A stretch of 63,977 nt of DNA, counting the filler, from Octopus bimaculoides (lineage: Eukaryota), in assembly GCF_001194135.2 (NCBI RefSeq). It is 8 parts of 7 records of this genome, joined end to end, with 100 filler letters (N's around TTAATTAATTAA, not from the genome) between each part and the next. Parts side by side here need not be neighbours in the genome. Positions count along the whole stretch, not along the records: positions 45,434 to 56,468 come from NC_068990.1; positions 56,569 to 62,603 come from NC_068994.1; 6 more parts are not named here. One strand, 5' to 3'. The notes below the pieces were generated by a model. That model did not search any database. It was given only the letters and a program-made list of their open reading frames with translations, and was not told the origin of the DNA. This document shows positions 49,708 through 61,557 of this stretch, piece after piece. Each line of letters starts with the position of its first letter. Position 1 is the stretch's first letter. The translations under genes and the position numbers were made by a program.

Positions 49708-52700
49708 TAATATATAAACTTGTGTTTATCATAATCTTTTATATCAAAGTTCCATAATACTACTCTGACATTATAAGAGTGATAATTAAGGAACTACTCT
49801 ATTTATAAACCAAATGTAGTGTTATAAAAGACAATTGAATTAAGATGTCAAAAATATTGACATGGATGCTGTCTTGTGAGATAGCTTGAGATTGTAGTAA
49901 TGTTATTAAGAAAGATGACAGATTAAATATAAAGTCCAATAGATTGTGCTGCCCAAAATGCCTTCAATTTACTCTGATTTCTGTGGTACAGAGACATTGA
50001 GATTTATATAACAGAAAACTCTAAATAAACATTTATAAAACATATTAAGATGTTCATGTTTACCTCATTATTAAAGATTGTTTTACATAGCTGACATACT
50101 GAAAAAAGATTACAAAATTACCTGCCTAGCAACAAAATAAAATCTTACTCTGCTAAAGTCATTGAAGACAACTTAATTCTTCTCTGCATGGTTCAATCAC
50201 AACACTCATCTTGTAAATTAAGTTTGTTCTGTTGTGCCTATCATTATTGTTTTATTTAATTTGGTGCTGTTAGATGAGGTAAGAATCGAAGACATATGCT
50301 TGTAATGTTAAGAAAACTATACATATCTCAAAACTGCCATGAGAAACATTGTTTTTATGATATTTAGGACTGTCAGCTGTACAGTGCTACCTTGATGTAA
50401 TTTATTGAAACTATTTTTGAAGAATCTGCAGCTTTAGATTATGTTTTGAAGCAAAATGTGATATGAAAATATTAAAATCAAATATTCTTGGTGTTGTGAT
50501 GGAATGTTTATTTGCAGAAATATTCTGTTGTTTCCCTGGCAATTTATGTTGTTATTGCTGAAATAAACCAAAGAAATTTGTGTGTGTGTGTGTGTGTGTG
50601 TGCTGTGCGTGCGTGCGCGAGTGTGTGTGTGTGTGCTGTGCGTGCTAGTGCGAGTGTGTGTGTGTGTGTGTGTGTGTGCTGTGCGTGCATGCGTGAGTGT
50701 GTGTGTGTGTGTGCTGTGCGTGCTAGCGCGAGTGTGTGTGTGTGTGCTGTGCGTGCATGCGCGAGTGTGTGTGTGTACGTGAATTGTGATTTACATTAAA
50801 CTGCTCAATACAGGGTTGTTGTGAAGAATGTAATGACTGATATTGTGTGCGTATAGTTAATACTCATTAATAGTTATGTAGAAAAGAAGAGAAAAATGGA
50901 CCTTTGACTTAAAATTCAGAAAAGACTAAAATTGAACTATTTTTTCAAACAGAATGTGAATTTATTCAAGTGCTATTTTCATGATATTTAACTATTTTGT
51001 CTGTGATTATTTTTATGTCAATTGTACTTACTTAAGACTTGTTAAAGTCTTGGTAAGCTGCTTTAACCTTGCTGTTGGAACTCATATATATTCTTTTATT
51101 CAGTAGTGAGTTTTAGGATTGGTGAATATATTGATAATGTCCTTTTAATAAATGTCTCAATTTGATATTGCATTGCTCAGCCTCTTAACTCAGAATTAAA
51201 GATACCTTTATTCCATTATTTATAATGGATTATGAATTTGCTACAAATTGTCTAACTATAGATTTTGCTGGATGAAAATACACGAAAAAGTAGGGGAAGG
51301 GATTTGATAATTTCATATAAAACGATTTAGCTTTTATGGTAATCTTACTGTTTATTGAATTCTTAATGTTAGTTGTTTTTAACTTTTAAAGTAAAAGTAA
51401 ATAGTAAATAAAATTAAAAAAACTTTTAGTAAATGTCTGCAAACTACCACCCCAAAAAGTCATGTGTTGTTTCAATTTAATGCAAAATTAGAGGAAACGT
51501 GTTAATATATCTTTTTCCAATTTCCTTCAGTTTTTAATAATTATATTACTTAAGTAAGGCAGCAAGCTGGCAGAATTGTTAGCATGCTGGACAAAATGCC
51601 TAGCAACATCTCATCCGTTTTTACATTCTGATTTGAAATTCTGTCAAGATTGACATAGTCAATAAAATAAGTACCAACTGAGCACTAGGGTTGATGTAAG
51701 CGATCTACCCCCACCCACTCAAAATTGCTGACCTTGTCCCAAAATTTGAAACCAATAATTATACTACTTAAGCTATGTAATTAGTCTCTTGTAAAAGTGC
51801 TTCACTCTTCAGTAGTCTTCTTTCTACAAAAGAACTGCATTCTACCTAAGAGTTGAATTCTCTCAAGAAGAGCTTGAATGAATTCTTATTAATCCAGATG
51901 AAACCAATACACCCAAAGAAGAAGGGGAGGAGGAATAAATCAAAAGGGAAGAACAATTCCATAATTTAATAACCACCATACACACATTTGTTAATATTCC
52001 TCTGTCTTAAGGCAGTGAGCTGGCAGAAATGTTAGCACACTGGGCATAATGCTTAGCAGCATTTTGTCTGTCTTTACATTCTGAGTTCAAATTCTGCTGA
52101 GGTTGACTTTGCCTTTCATCCTTTTGAGGTCGATAAATTAAGTACCAGTTGCATACTGGGGTCGATCTAATCGACTGGCCCTCTCCCCCAAAATTTTGGG
52201 CCTTGTGCCTAGAGTAGAAAAGAATATTCCTTCGTCTTGAAATGTTCCCTTGAACAAAGAAATAATTTAAAGACTAAATCTCTTGTCTAAAACTACAAAA
52301 ATATCAAATCAAACCCTTAAACAGTATTAGTTATCCTAAAAGACAGAATAAAATTTCTGTACAACAGGAATAGATATTTTCTTGCTTCGGAGAATGGTAG
52401 ATTGAAAGAATGGCTAGAGTGTGGGACAAAAGACATTTTAGTGTTTAGTTATGTCCCTTTACATTTTGATTTCAAATCCTGTTAAGGCCAACTTTGCCTT
52501 TTATTCTTCCAAGTCTGATACAAAAAAAAAAGTACCAGTCAAATCCTGAGACTGCTTCTTCCAAATTTGTGGCCTTGTGATTATTGTAGAAAATATTTCT
52601 ATTTTCCTTCTTAATTATGATAGTGTTTTTTTTTTTAATCAATTAATAAGTAATTATTTGAAAAAGTGTGTTCATCATAGACTATTTAGAAACACAATTG

Positions 52701-54263
52701 GTTGAAACATAATTTTAAAAAAAATAACGTTTCTGGTTGCTAGCAGCAATGAAAATTTGTTGTGAGAATTTGTGCTTGTATTGTAGGATTACCTGCACAT
52801 TATTTACCCAATCAAAGGTTGTGATGAATATTTAACGATAGTATTATTGTATTTGAAGTTGAATTATTTATTGTAAAAGCTATTTATTGTAAAGAAACAA
52901 AAACAAAACAAAAAAAGATAATAAAGTGATACTAATTAATTTTAAAAAATAAGCAAATAAAAATAACTGTTTTGTTGTTTTTTACAGTAAATTTTTTATT
53001 GAATCCTTTTTTCCGCCTGTTTTCACCATCATCATGACTTTAATGTCCTCTTTTCCTTGTTTGCATGGGTTTGATGGAGTTTTAGGCAGGATGCCCTTCC
53101 TGTTGCCAACCTTCACCTGCTTCCAAGTGACGTAACATTTTCTCATGGTTAGACATGTTTTTTGAAGAACATTGGAAATGTGTGATACTCATTTACAACT
53201 ATTACACAGTGTGATGACAAGGAAACATATGCAATCTTACACATATATGATGGGGTTTCTTGGAGTTTCCATCTACCAAATCCACTCACAAGACTTTCAT
53301 TGGTTTGGAACTATAGTAAAAGACATTTGCCTAAGGTGTCATTAAGTGGGATTGAACCTGTAACCATATGATTAGAATCAAGTTTCTCAACGACGCAGGT
53401 ATGCCTGCACTTTTATTTCAATAAAATGGTGTTTAACTTATGTTTTCTTGGTAAATTTTCCTCACAGTGAACTTTCCCTGCAGTGAACTGATGGTGGTGG
53501 ACTTACCTGTAATCTGTCACCACCCTAACTTGTTTTCCAAGTGAGGTATTTTTTTCATTCCACTGTTCTTCACACATGAAAAAAAAAACCGGTTCTGGTT
53601 ACTTTCTGCTTTGCAGAGATTGGAAACAGATGCCGAATTTGTCACTCAGGTGATATTAATAACATTCACACATACATATACATTAGTTAACTAGAAGGAC
53701 TTGGAGAACAAAACCAGTCTGGACAAGGATGACATGGAAGCTCAAAGATCCAGCATACCAACAGAAATATTCTAATGGAAATTTCTGATGAGGAAGAGGA
53801 GTTGGAGACAAATAGTTTAGAGAAGTTCCTGCAAGACAACTTAATAAGGGTTACAGACTAAATCTATAGCTGGTACAAATATTAATGCATGGGTGTAGTG
53901 GGGAACCAACAAAAAATTCTAAGGCTAAACATGAGATAATCTTCTGCCACACTTGATAGATTCAATTCAAGCAGCCTTGATTGTTTGAGACTGTCATTAG
54001 ATACATTCGCTTGAATATGAGATCCCAGATGGATCTATGCAGGATGGTACCTAAGGACTTACACTCATGGATCTATGCAGGATTGCACCTAAGAACCTAT
54101 GCTCTTGTTTCTACAACTTTGGAAAGTTGAACTATGAACTTTTATGCTTCTTTTTTCTTCTTTCTCTCCATCTCCTTATTCTTTTACTCCCTTCCTCTAT
54201 GTTGTCATCTCATTAATATATACCATTCTTGTTTTCTCTATTATTCCCTGTTTGTCTCTGATG

Positions 54264-54479
54264 TTGCCAGTACCGCCTGACTGGCCTTCGTGCAGGTGGC
54301 ACGTAAAAGCACCCACTACACTCTCGGAGTGGTTGGTGTTAGGAAGGGCATCCAGCTGTAGAAACTTTGCCAAATCAGATTGGAGCCTGGTGTAGCCATC
54401 TGGTTTCACCAGTCCTCAGTCAAATCGTCCAACCCATGCTAGCATGGAGAACGGACGTTAAACGATGATGATGATGATG
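54264..54479 (+). mobile_element. SINE family F (AGGAAGGGCATCCAGCTGTA central motif, (GAT)n tail). Other copies at about 47995-48200(-), 53025-53230(-), 56275-56468(-)
   Basis: Body GGTTGGTGTTAGGAAGGGCATCCAGCTGTAGAAAC and tail CCAACCCATGCTAGCATGGA.AACGGACGTTAAAC(GAT)n, matched by the reverse complement at 56275-56468. Confidence 0.8.
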
Positions 54480-54745
54480 AAATATCCCATCTCAGGGATA
54501 TCACAGAAAAAGCTGTAAGACTTTGAATGTTTTTTCCAATAATAATACTGTATATGACTTGAGATGTTTGCTTTGCCTTAATGTTTGTTGTCCTCTTTAA
54601 CAATTATATATCTGCTGCATCAGAAATCTGCAATGGCTCCATAACTACCATCTTGGCTATAACCTTTGAGCCCTAGTAATCCGTTACAGCACTTACCTAG
54701 CATACCTAATCATTTAGATCACCTGTGAACTAAACCCCCATACTT

Positions 54746-54788
<43 letters not shown>

Positions 54789-54950
54789 TTATATAATTAA
54801 TTTAATTATATAGGCAGGTAGGGTAAATCCCAGCTGTTTCCTCATAATACACATCTACTTAATCAATTATTACAATCCAGCATGTACGGTATGTTAATCA
54901 AGATACATGTTAAAATTGAGTGTTGTGGAAATATTATCTGCAGAGTTATT

Positions 54951-55242
54951 GTATAGCAAAACAGGGAACTGGAAATTTTTTTTGTATTATTCACCATTAC
55001 ACATGTTTCATTTGCTGATAGGAAATCCAAAGATTTACATGTTAAATAAACATGTAAGGAATTTCCATAAGAAATTCTTGAGATAGAGAAATGAAATAAT
55101 ACATTATTCTATTTCTCTGTCTGAAGAATTTCTAACAGGAAATTCCTTACATATCTATCTAATATGTAAAACTTTGTAAATCCTATTAGCAAATGGTGAA
55201 TAAATAATACCAAAAAAATTTCCAGTTCCTTGTTTGTTATGC
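54951..55242. repeat. Near-complete palindrome of about 290 bp (fold-back MITE)
   Basis: gtatagcaaaacagggaactggaaatttttttgtattattcacc...catttgctgatagga...gtaaggaatttcc...aagaaattctt..agagaaat pairs with atttctct..aagaatttct..ggaaattccttac...tcctattagcaaatg.gtgaataaataataccaaaaaaatttccagttccttgtttgttatgc. Confidence 0.8.
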
Positions 55243-55277
55243 ATGTAAATATTGGCTTGAAAAACCCTTTTGGATAG

Positions 55278-55360
55278 AAAAGTCAGAGGCTGCCCATAGT
55301 GCAGTAGAAGCCTTTGGACCCACATGTTGGTTCAGGTCCTATGAGCAGCCTCTGATTTTT
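55278..55360. repeat. Small inverted repeat or mini-MITE
   Basis: aaaagtcagaggctgcccatag ... ctatgagcagcctctgattttt. Confidence 0.65.
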
Positions 55361-55520
55361 TGTATCCCACAGGGTTTTTCAACTCAATATTTACATGCTG
55401 TTATTTATAGCTTCGTATATGCACTTTGAGATATTCCAGGAAAAGAATTAGTTTGTATTCTCTCAACAGTTTATAAATTCGTAAACATGCATACATATAG
55501 AGATACATACATACATACAT

Positions 55521-55565
<45 letters not shown>

Positions 55566-56127
55566 CACACATACACGTATATATATATACATATACATAC
55601 ATACACACTTGTACATGCACACACACAAATGCAAGACATACATGCATGCACACATGCATATATATTTCTGTACACTACTTTGATTGCATCTGTTTCCTTT
55701 TAAATGTCAACCTGCCACCATCGCCACCACCTTTGAGGATATATCTATAGGTTGTGTTGAATGGCATTTTTAGTTCAGTTCTGCATATCTAGTAGACATC
55801 AAAGAAGTAAGGGTTTACTCGTAAGCTAAACATACTTAATGGTTGTCACGACATGTCTCATAATCGATAGAAACTAGGCTGAACTATTGAAAATCTGAAG
55901 AAAGCAGTTGGACAATTAAAAAGTATGAATAGCAACAGGTTATCAGTTGAATTGCTTTATGCANNNNNNNNNNGACAATTAAAAAGTATGAATAGCAACA
56001 GGTTATCAGTTGAATTGCTTTATGCATTTGCTTGAATAGTAATTCTTTCTAAAATCATTTTTTGAAGTTTCACAGATATTTAAATAAAAATCAGCAGAAT
56101 ATTTAAAAAAGAAAAGCTATTACACTG

Positions 56128-56268
56128 TACAAGGGGGTGCTGAAAAGTTCCTGGCTTTAAGGGTATCACAAAAGGCTTAGTTGAAGGCCCAACCTGCCAA
56201 CTTCCAGGTTCTTTTATAGGGCTTAGAAAAACTGAAGGACCGCTGCAATAAGCGTGTGAATCCTAATT
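56128..56268 (+). mobile_element. Mariner-derived MITE fragment
   Basis: TIR-like TACAAGGGGGTGCTGAAAAGTTCCTGGC followed by GLEKLKDRCNKRV, similar to the mariner transposase C-terminus. Confidence 0.55.
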
Positions 56269-56568
56269 AACTAATCATCATCATCATCATCATCGTTTAA
56301 CGTCCGCTTTCCATGCTAGCATGGGTTGGACGATTTGACTGAGGACTGGTGAAACCGGATGGCAACACCAGGCTCCAATCTAATTTGGCAGAGTTTCTAC
56401 AGCTGGATGCCCTTCCTAACGCCAACCACTCAGAGAGTGTAGTGGATGCTTTTACATGTCACCCGCACNNNNNNNNNNNNNNNNNNNNNNNNNNNNNNNN
56501 NNNNNNNNNNNNTTAATTAATTAANNNNNNNNNNNNNNNNNNNNNNNNNNNNNNNNNNNNNNNNNNNN

Positions 56569-56639
<71 letters not shown>

Positions 56640-56642
<3 letters not shown>

Positions 56643-57590
56643 TCACATTTTGGGTAAGGAAAAAACGTGATCTAATCTTGCATTTCATTAAAATCTAATT
56701 CTGTATATAAATAATTCCCATCATTATCGATGACTTCCTTCAATCAAGTGATCAGTTTTTTTAAATTCTATTTGTTGAAAATTCTTTTGGTTTTGTTGAG
56801 AAGAAGGAAGAGAGATCAGTTTAGAACTCTTGGGAGCTTTTGAGCACTAATCCATCTAAATGATTCTGTAAGCTTTGAAATAAATGATAATAAGAAAAAG
56901 CGAAGTCCGGAAAATTATGTAGGTGAGGGATATTTTCCAAGCCAAGTTCTTCGATGTTTTTCTGATGTAATCTTTGCAATGTAGGAATCTTGCATTATCA
57001 TGATGAAATACCACTCCTTTACGATTCACCAAAGCAGGGTTTTTTCTAATAGTTGATAACAGGTGTGAGCAGTAATTGTTGCATTAGTTGGTAGCGGCTT
57101 TAAGTGGATAACTCCAATGCAAAGAAGACTGTTTTTTGCATAGTGGTCCTTTTTGAGTTGTGGTTTAGCCTGTTCTCCACACCTAAGCCATTGCTTGCGT
57201 TGCTTAATATTTTCATAAAAATCCAATTTTCGTCACCAGTCACTAATCTGTCCAAAACTGGTGAATAAAAAGCTGATTTCCAGTTGGCTTTTGTCAAATC
57301 ATGGGGAACCCATTTTCTGATTTTGAGCACCTTCCCAAGTTGTTGAAGATGGCGGTGAACAGTTGAATAACTTGAACTGAGCTTACTTGCCAATTCTTCA
57401 ACAGACACATCACTGTGGGATTAATATTGGCAATTAATTCAGATTATTCTGTAAGAAGAAATTATATTAAGTTAAATGTGTCCAAATTCATATGATTATC
57501 AATCAATATCATTCAAATATTTTAGAATACTGTAAAATTTGATAGAAATTACTTATATTTCGGACATTATTTATGGGATGACCTGATATA
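56640..57590 (-). mobile_element. Mariner (SETMAR/Mos-like) transposase pseudogene
   Basis: SVEELASKL..SYSTVHRHLQQLGKV.K..KWVPHDLT...LDRLVTGDENW...FHHDNAR motifs with frameshifts. TIR-like TATCAGGTCATCCCATAAATAATG on the minus strand at about 57565-57588. Confidence 0.85.
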
Positions 57591-58495
57591 TGATACATAT
57601 ATATATATATTCTTTTATTCTTTTAATGTTTCGACTTGCTTCAGTCATTTTGACTACAGCCGTGCTGGAGCACAACCTTGAAGGGTTTCAGTCAAACAAG
57701 TCGACCACAGGACTTATTTGTTTAAGCCTAATACTTATTCTATCAATCTCTTTCGCCGAACCACCAAGTAACTCTTTTACTCTTTTACTTGTTTCAGTCA
57801 TTTGACTGCGACCATGCTGGAGCACCGCCTTTAGTCGAGCAAATCGACCCCAGGTCTTACTCTTTGTAAGCCTAGTACTCTTTTTGCCGAACCGCTACGT
57901 TACAGGGACGTAAACACACCACCATCGATTGCCAAGCGTTGTTGGAGGGGACAAACACAGACACTCAAACACACACACATACATATATATACGACGGGCT
58001 TCTTTCAGTTTCTGTCTACCAAATCCACTCACAAGGCTTTGGTCGGCCCGAGGCTATAGTAGAACACATTTGCCCAAGGTGTCACGTAGTGGGACTGAAC
58101 CCAGAACCATGTGGTTGGTAAGCAAGTTACTTACCAGCCACTCCTGCGCCTGGTAGTGTATTTACGGGGACGTAAATATACCAACACTGCTTGTCAAGCG
58201 GTAATGAGGGTACAAACACAGACATAAACACACATGCACACAAACACACACACACACACACACACACATACATACACACACACACACGTATATATATATA
58301 TATATATATATACACAACGGGCTCCTTTCAGTTTCCGTCTACCAAATCCACTTACAGGGCTTTGGTCAACCCGAGACTATAGTAGAAGACACTTGCTCAA
58401 GGTGCCACGCAGTGGGCCTGAACCGAGAACCATGTGGTTGGGAAGTAAGCTTCTTATATACATATACATATTTATATATAAAAATTATTAAAATT

Positions 58496-58648
58496 ATTAG
58501 AATAACCCCAACGCAAAGCCGGCAATGTTTGCAACACGTCGGTTTGTATATGTAATTTATTGGCCGCCATATATCTATGCATATTTAGCTAAATGTACGT
58601 ATATATGTTTGTATGAGCATATGTGGGTATATGTGTGTCTATTTACGA

Positions 58649-58686
<38 letters not shown>

Positions 58687-59554
58687 GTATGGCCCAGTGG
58701 TTAGGGCAGCGGACTCGCGGTCGGAGGATCGCAGTTTCGATTTCCAGACNNNNNNNNNNNNNNNNNNNNNNNNNNNNNNNNNNNNNNNNNNNNNNNNNNN
58801 NNNNNNNNNNNNNNNNNNNNNNNNNNNNNNNNNNNNNNNNNNNNNNNNNNNNNNNNNNNNNNNNNNNNNNNNNNNNNNNNNNNNNNNNNNNNNNNNNNNN
58901 NNNNNNNNNNNNNNNNNNNNNNNNNNNNNNNNNNNNNNNNNNNNNNNNNNNNNNNNNNNNNNNNNNNNNNNNNNNNNNNNNNNNNNNNNNNNNNNNNNNN
59001 NNNNNNNNNNNNNNNNNNNNNNNNNNNNNNNNNNNNNNNNNNNNNNNNNNNNNNNNNNNNNNNNNNNNNNNNNNNNNNNNNNNNNNNNNNNNNNNNNNNN
59101 NNNNNNNNNNNNNNNNNNNNNNNNNNNNNNNNNNNNNNNNNNNNNNNNNNNNNNNNNNNNNNNNNNNNNNNNNNNNNNNNNNNNNNNNNNNNNNNNNNNN
59201 NNNNNNNNNNNNNNNNNNNNNNNNNNNNNNNNNNNNNNNNNNNNNNNNNNNNNNNNNNNNNNNNNNNNNNNNNNNNNNNNNNNNNNNNNNNNNNNNNNNN
59301 NNNNNNNNNNNNNNNNNNNNNNNNNNNNNNNNNNNNNNNNNNNNNNNNNNNNNNNNNNNNNNNNNNNNNNNNNNNNTATATATATATATATATATATATA
59401 TTCGTAAATAGACACACATATACCCACATATGCTCATACAAACATATATACGCGTATTTAGCTAAATATGCATAGATATATGGCGGCCAATAAATTACAT
59501 ATACAAACCGACGTGTTGCAAACATTGCCGGCTTTGCGTTGGGGTTATTCTAAT
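58496..59554. mobile_element. Element with inverted termini of about 170 bp enclosing a SINE C head and a gap
   Basis: Segment 58496-58670 is a near-perfect reverse complement of 59378-59554, with a few substitutions. Confidence 0.55.
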
Positions 59555-60329
59555 TTTCTAGAGAGACAGAATATGAAACCAAAGTCAAAGAAAAGGTAAA
59601 TAGGTCGGTTGTGACATTTTAAGTAGGTATTGAATGACTAGTCATTAAGCATTAAGCAAATACCACTTATGTCAATATCTCGTTCACAATTTAAACTTTC
59701 TGATTTCCCATACTTCTTTGTTTGTCCACTGACAATTCTTATTTTTTGAATTTGTAGTGAATTTATTACCACAACGCACATTCGTCCGCCCACATATACT
59801 GATATACACAAACATTGGTACATATACATTCTGAAACTGAATATTATATATTGAGACGTACACGGTATCGAAACATACGTTGATAATCTTAGGTTTATGT
59901 GGGAATAAATATTACCTCTCGGTATTAATACTTCCTCTTTCGCTAATATACATTTCTTAACAAGTTAACTGGTTAAACAGCGCCTATCCTGCTACGGTCA
60001 ATCTATATATCACTGCCGGGGAGATGAGCCGCTGCTATCTCTAGCGGTCGAGTTTTCAAACAAGGTCGAAATTACATGATCTGGTGGTCTAGGCGCTGGG
60101 TATAGCGGGAGATTTATCTCCGCTAGCGATATAAACAAGAGTGTGTTATGCACCAGAACGTCAAAATGAGAGTTTCTCTTATGGTAACTGACGCAGCAAA
60201 GTCTGTTCTAACAGAACATCCACTTTAAAGTGAGAATAAATATCTCTTTGTATTTATACTGCCTCTGTCACTAATATATATAGTTGTTATATATGTAGCA
60301 AGTGTATGTTTCATAGATTGCCAGCTAGG

Positions 60330-60600
60330 CTTAAATAGTCAGAAAATGGCTCATACATAGGTTTTCTACGATTAGTCACGTGACCTGGTCATGTGATGGT
60401 GTAACACATTGACCAAGTCTGTTGTTGAGATTAGATAACGTTATGTACATACGTTAACTGTCCAATCGGATCACGCGACAGACCAACCAAGCGCAGCAAA
60501 ATAATGTTTGCTATCTGGAGCCGTTAATCATTTTCAAATAAAAGGATCTTTCCTGTCTTCGCTAGTGAGGTCGGAAGTATGAACAAAGAGGTGAGTTGTT
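60330..60600 (+). promoter_or_regulatory. Housekeeping-type promoter of a second gene
   Basis: CpG-retaining unique sequence with GTCACGTGAC (60375-84), a degenerate copy GTCATGTGA (about 60388), CCAAT (60462), a TCTTTCC pyrimidine initiator-like motif (about 60547) and CGGAAGT (60572-78), followed by ATG and a GTGAGT donor. Confidence 0.55.
60579..60590 (+). CDS. Candidate first coding exon (M-N-K-E) of an unidentified gene
   Basis: ATG AAC AAA GAG|GTGAGT directly after the promoter motifs. Downstream exons were not identified. Confidence 0.35.
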
Positions 60601-61342
60601 TTGCAGGTAGTTTTGATGCTCTGTGTTTTTGTTTACCATGCACCTACAAGCAGAGAGATATGAGAGACTCCAAGAAGGGATGTCACGTATTTTTGTTCCT
60701 GTCTGCCAAGTTCCAACTGATTTGAAAAGCAAATATGTATATTTTCTTTAGACAGTCTCATCATGATGTAACCAGCCAGTTGCGGTACAAATTCATTTAG
60801 CAGTTGAAAAAAACGTCACTTTTAATTGCAACTCGTTTTCTTATATTTTTTCCAGTTTTATACACGACTCGTTGGAACCCAAACAGAGACACACTAACCA
60901 ACCTACTAAAAATATATTCATTCACGCATACGTATACTCACATTCTGGCCTGTATGTTCTTATCTAATGGTTTACGGCTACATACAGACGTATGCTTATA
61001 TGTACATACATGCAGTGATATTTGCACATATAGACACTCGTGCACATTAACAGGTACATTTTGATCACTCATCCATATATACTGATACCGCCAGTTATTT
61101 TGGAGGTATCAGAATGACTGGATGAGTGTCTATATGTGTTGATATCATTAAATGCATATACATATATACATACGAACGTATATCGCCGTATACCATTGGA
61201 TAATAATATACAAGCCAATATATATATATATATATACATTGGTCGGATAACTGAAGAGATGTTGGCGTCGGCTCCCACTCTGGCATCCGACACTCGGAGT
61301 TTTATCATGGCTACTGAATAAGTGTCACATATTTTTACAGAT

Positions 61343-61376
<34 letters not shown>

Positions 61377-61557
61377 TGACATCCATATGTGTGTGTGTGT
61401 GTTTATGTGTGTGTTTATGTGTGTGTGTGTGTGTAAACGAACTTCTTTTAGTTTCCGTCTACCAAATTCACTCACAAGGCTTTGGTCAGCCTAAGGCTAT
61501 AGTAAAAAGCACTTGCCCAAGGTACCACGCAGTGGGACTGAGCCCATACATACTTCA

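Noticed and set aside
53600-54060. Coding-looking purine-rich stretch with splice-like signals
   Set aside because: Frames are interrupted by stops and it lies just upstream of a pLTR/hammerhead remnant, so it is more likely decayed retroelement than host exon.
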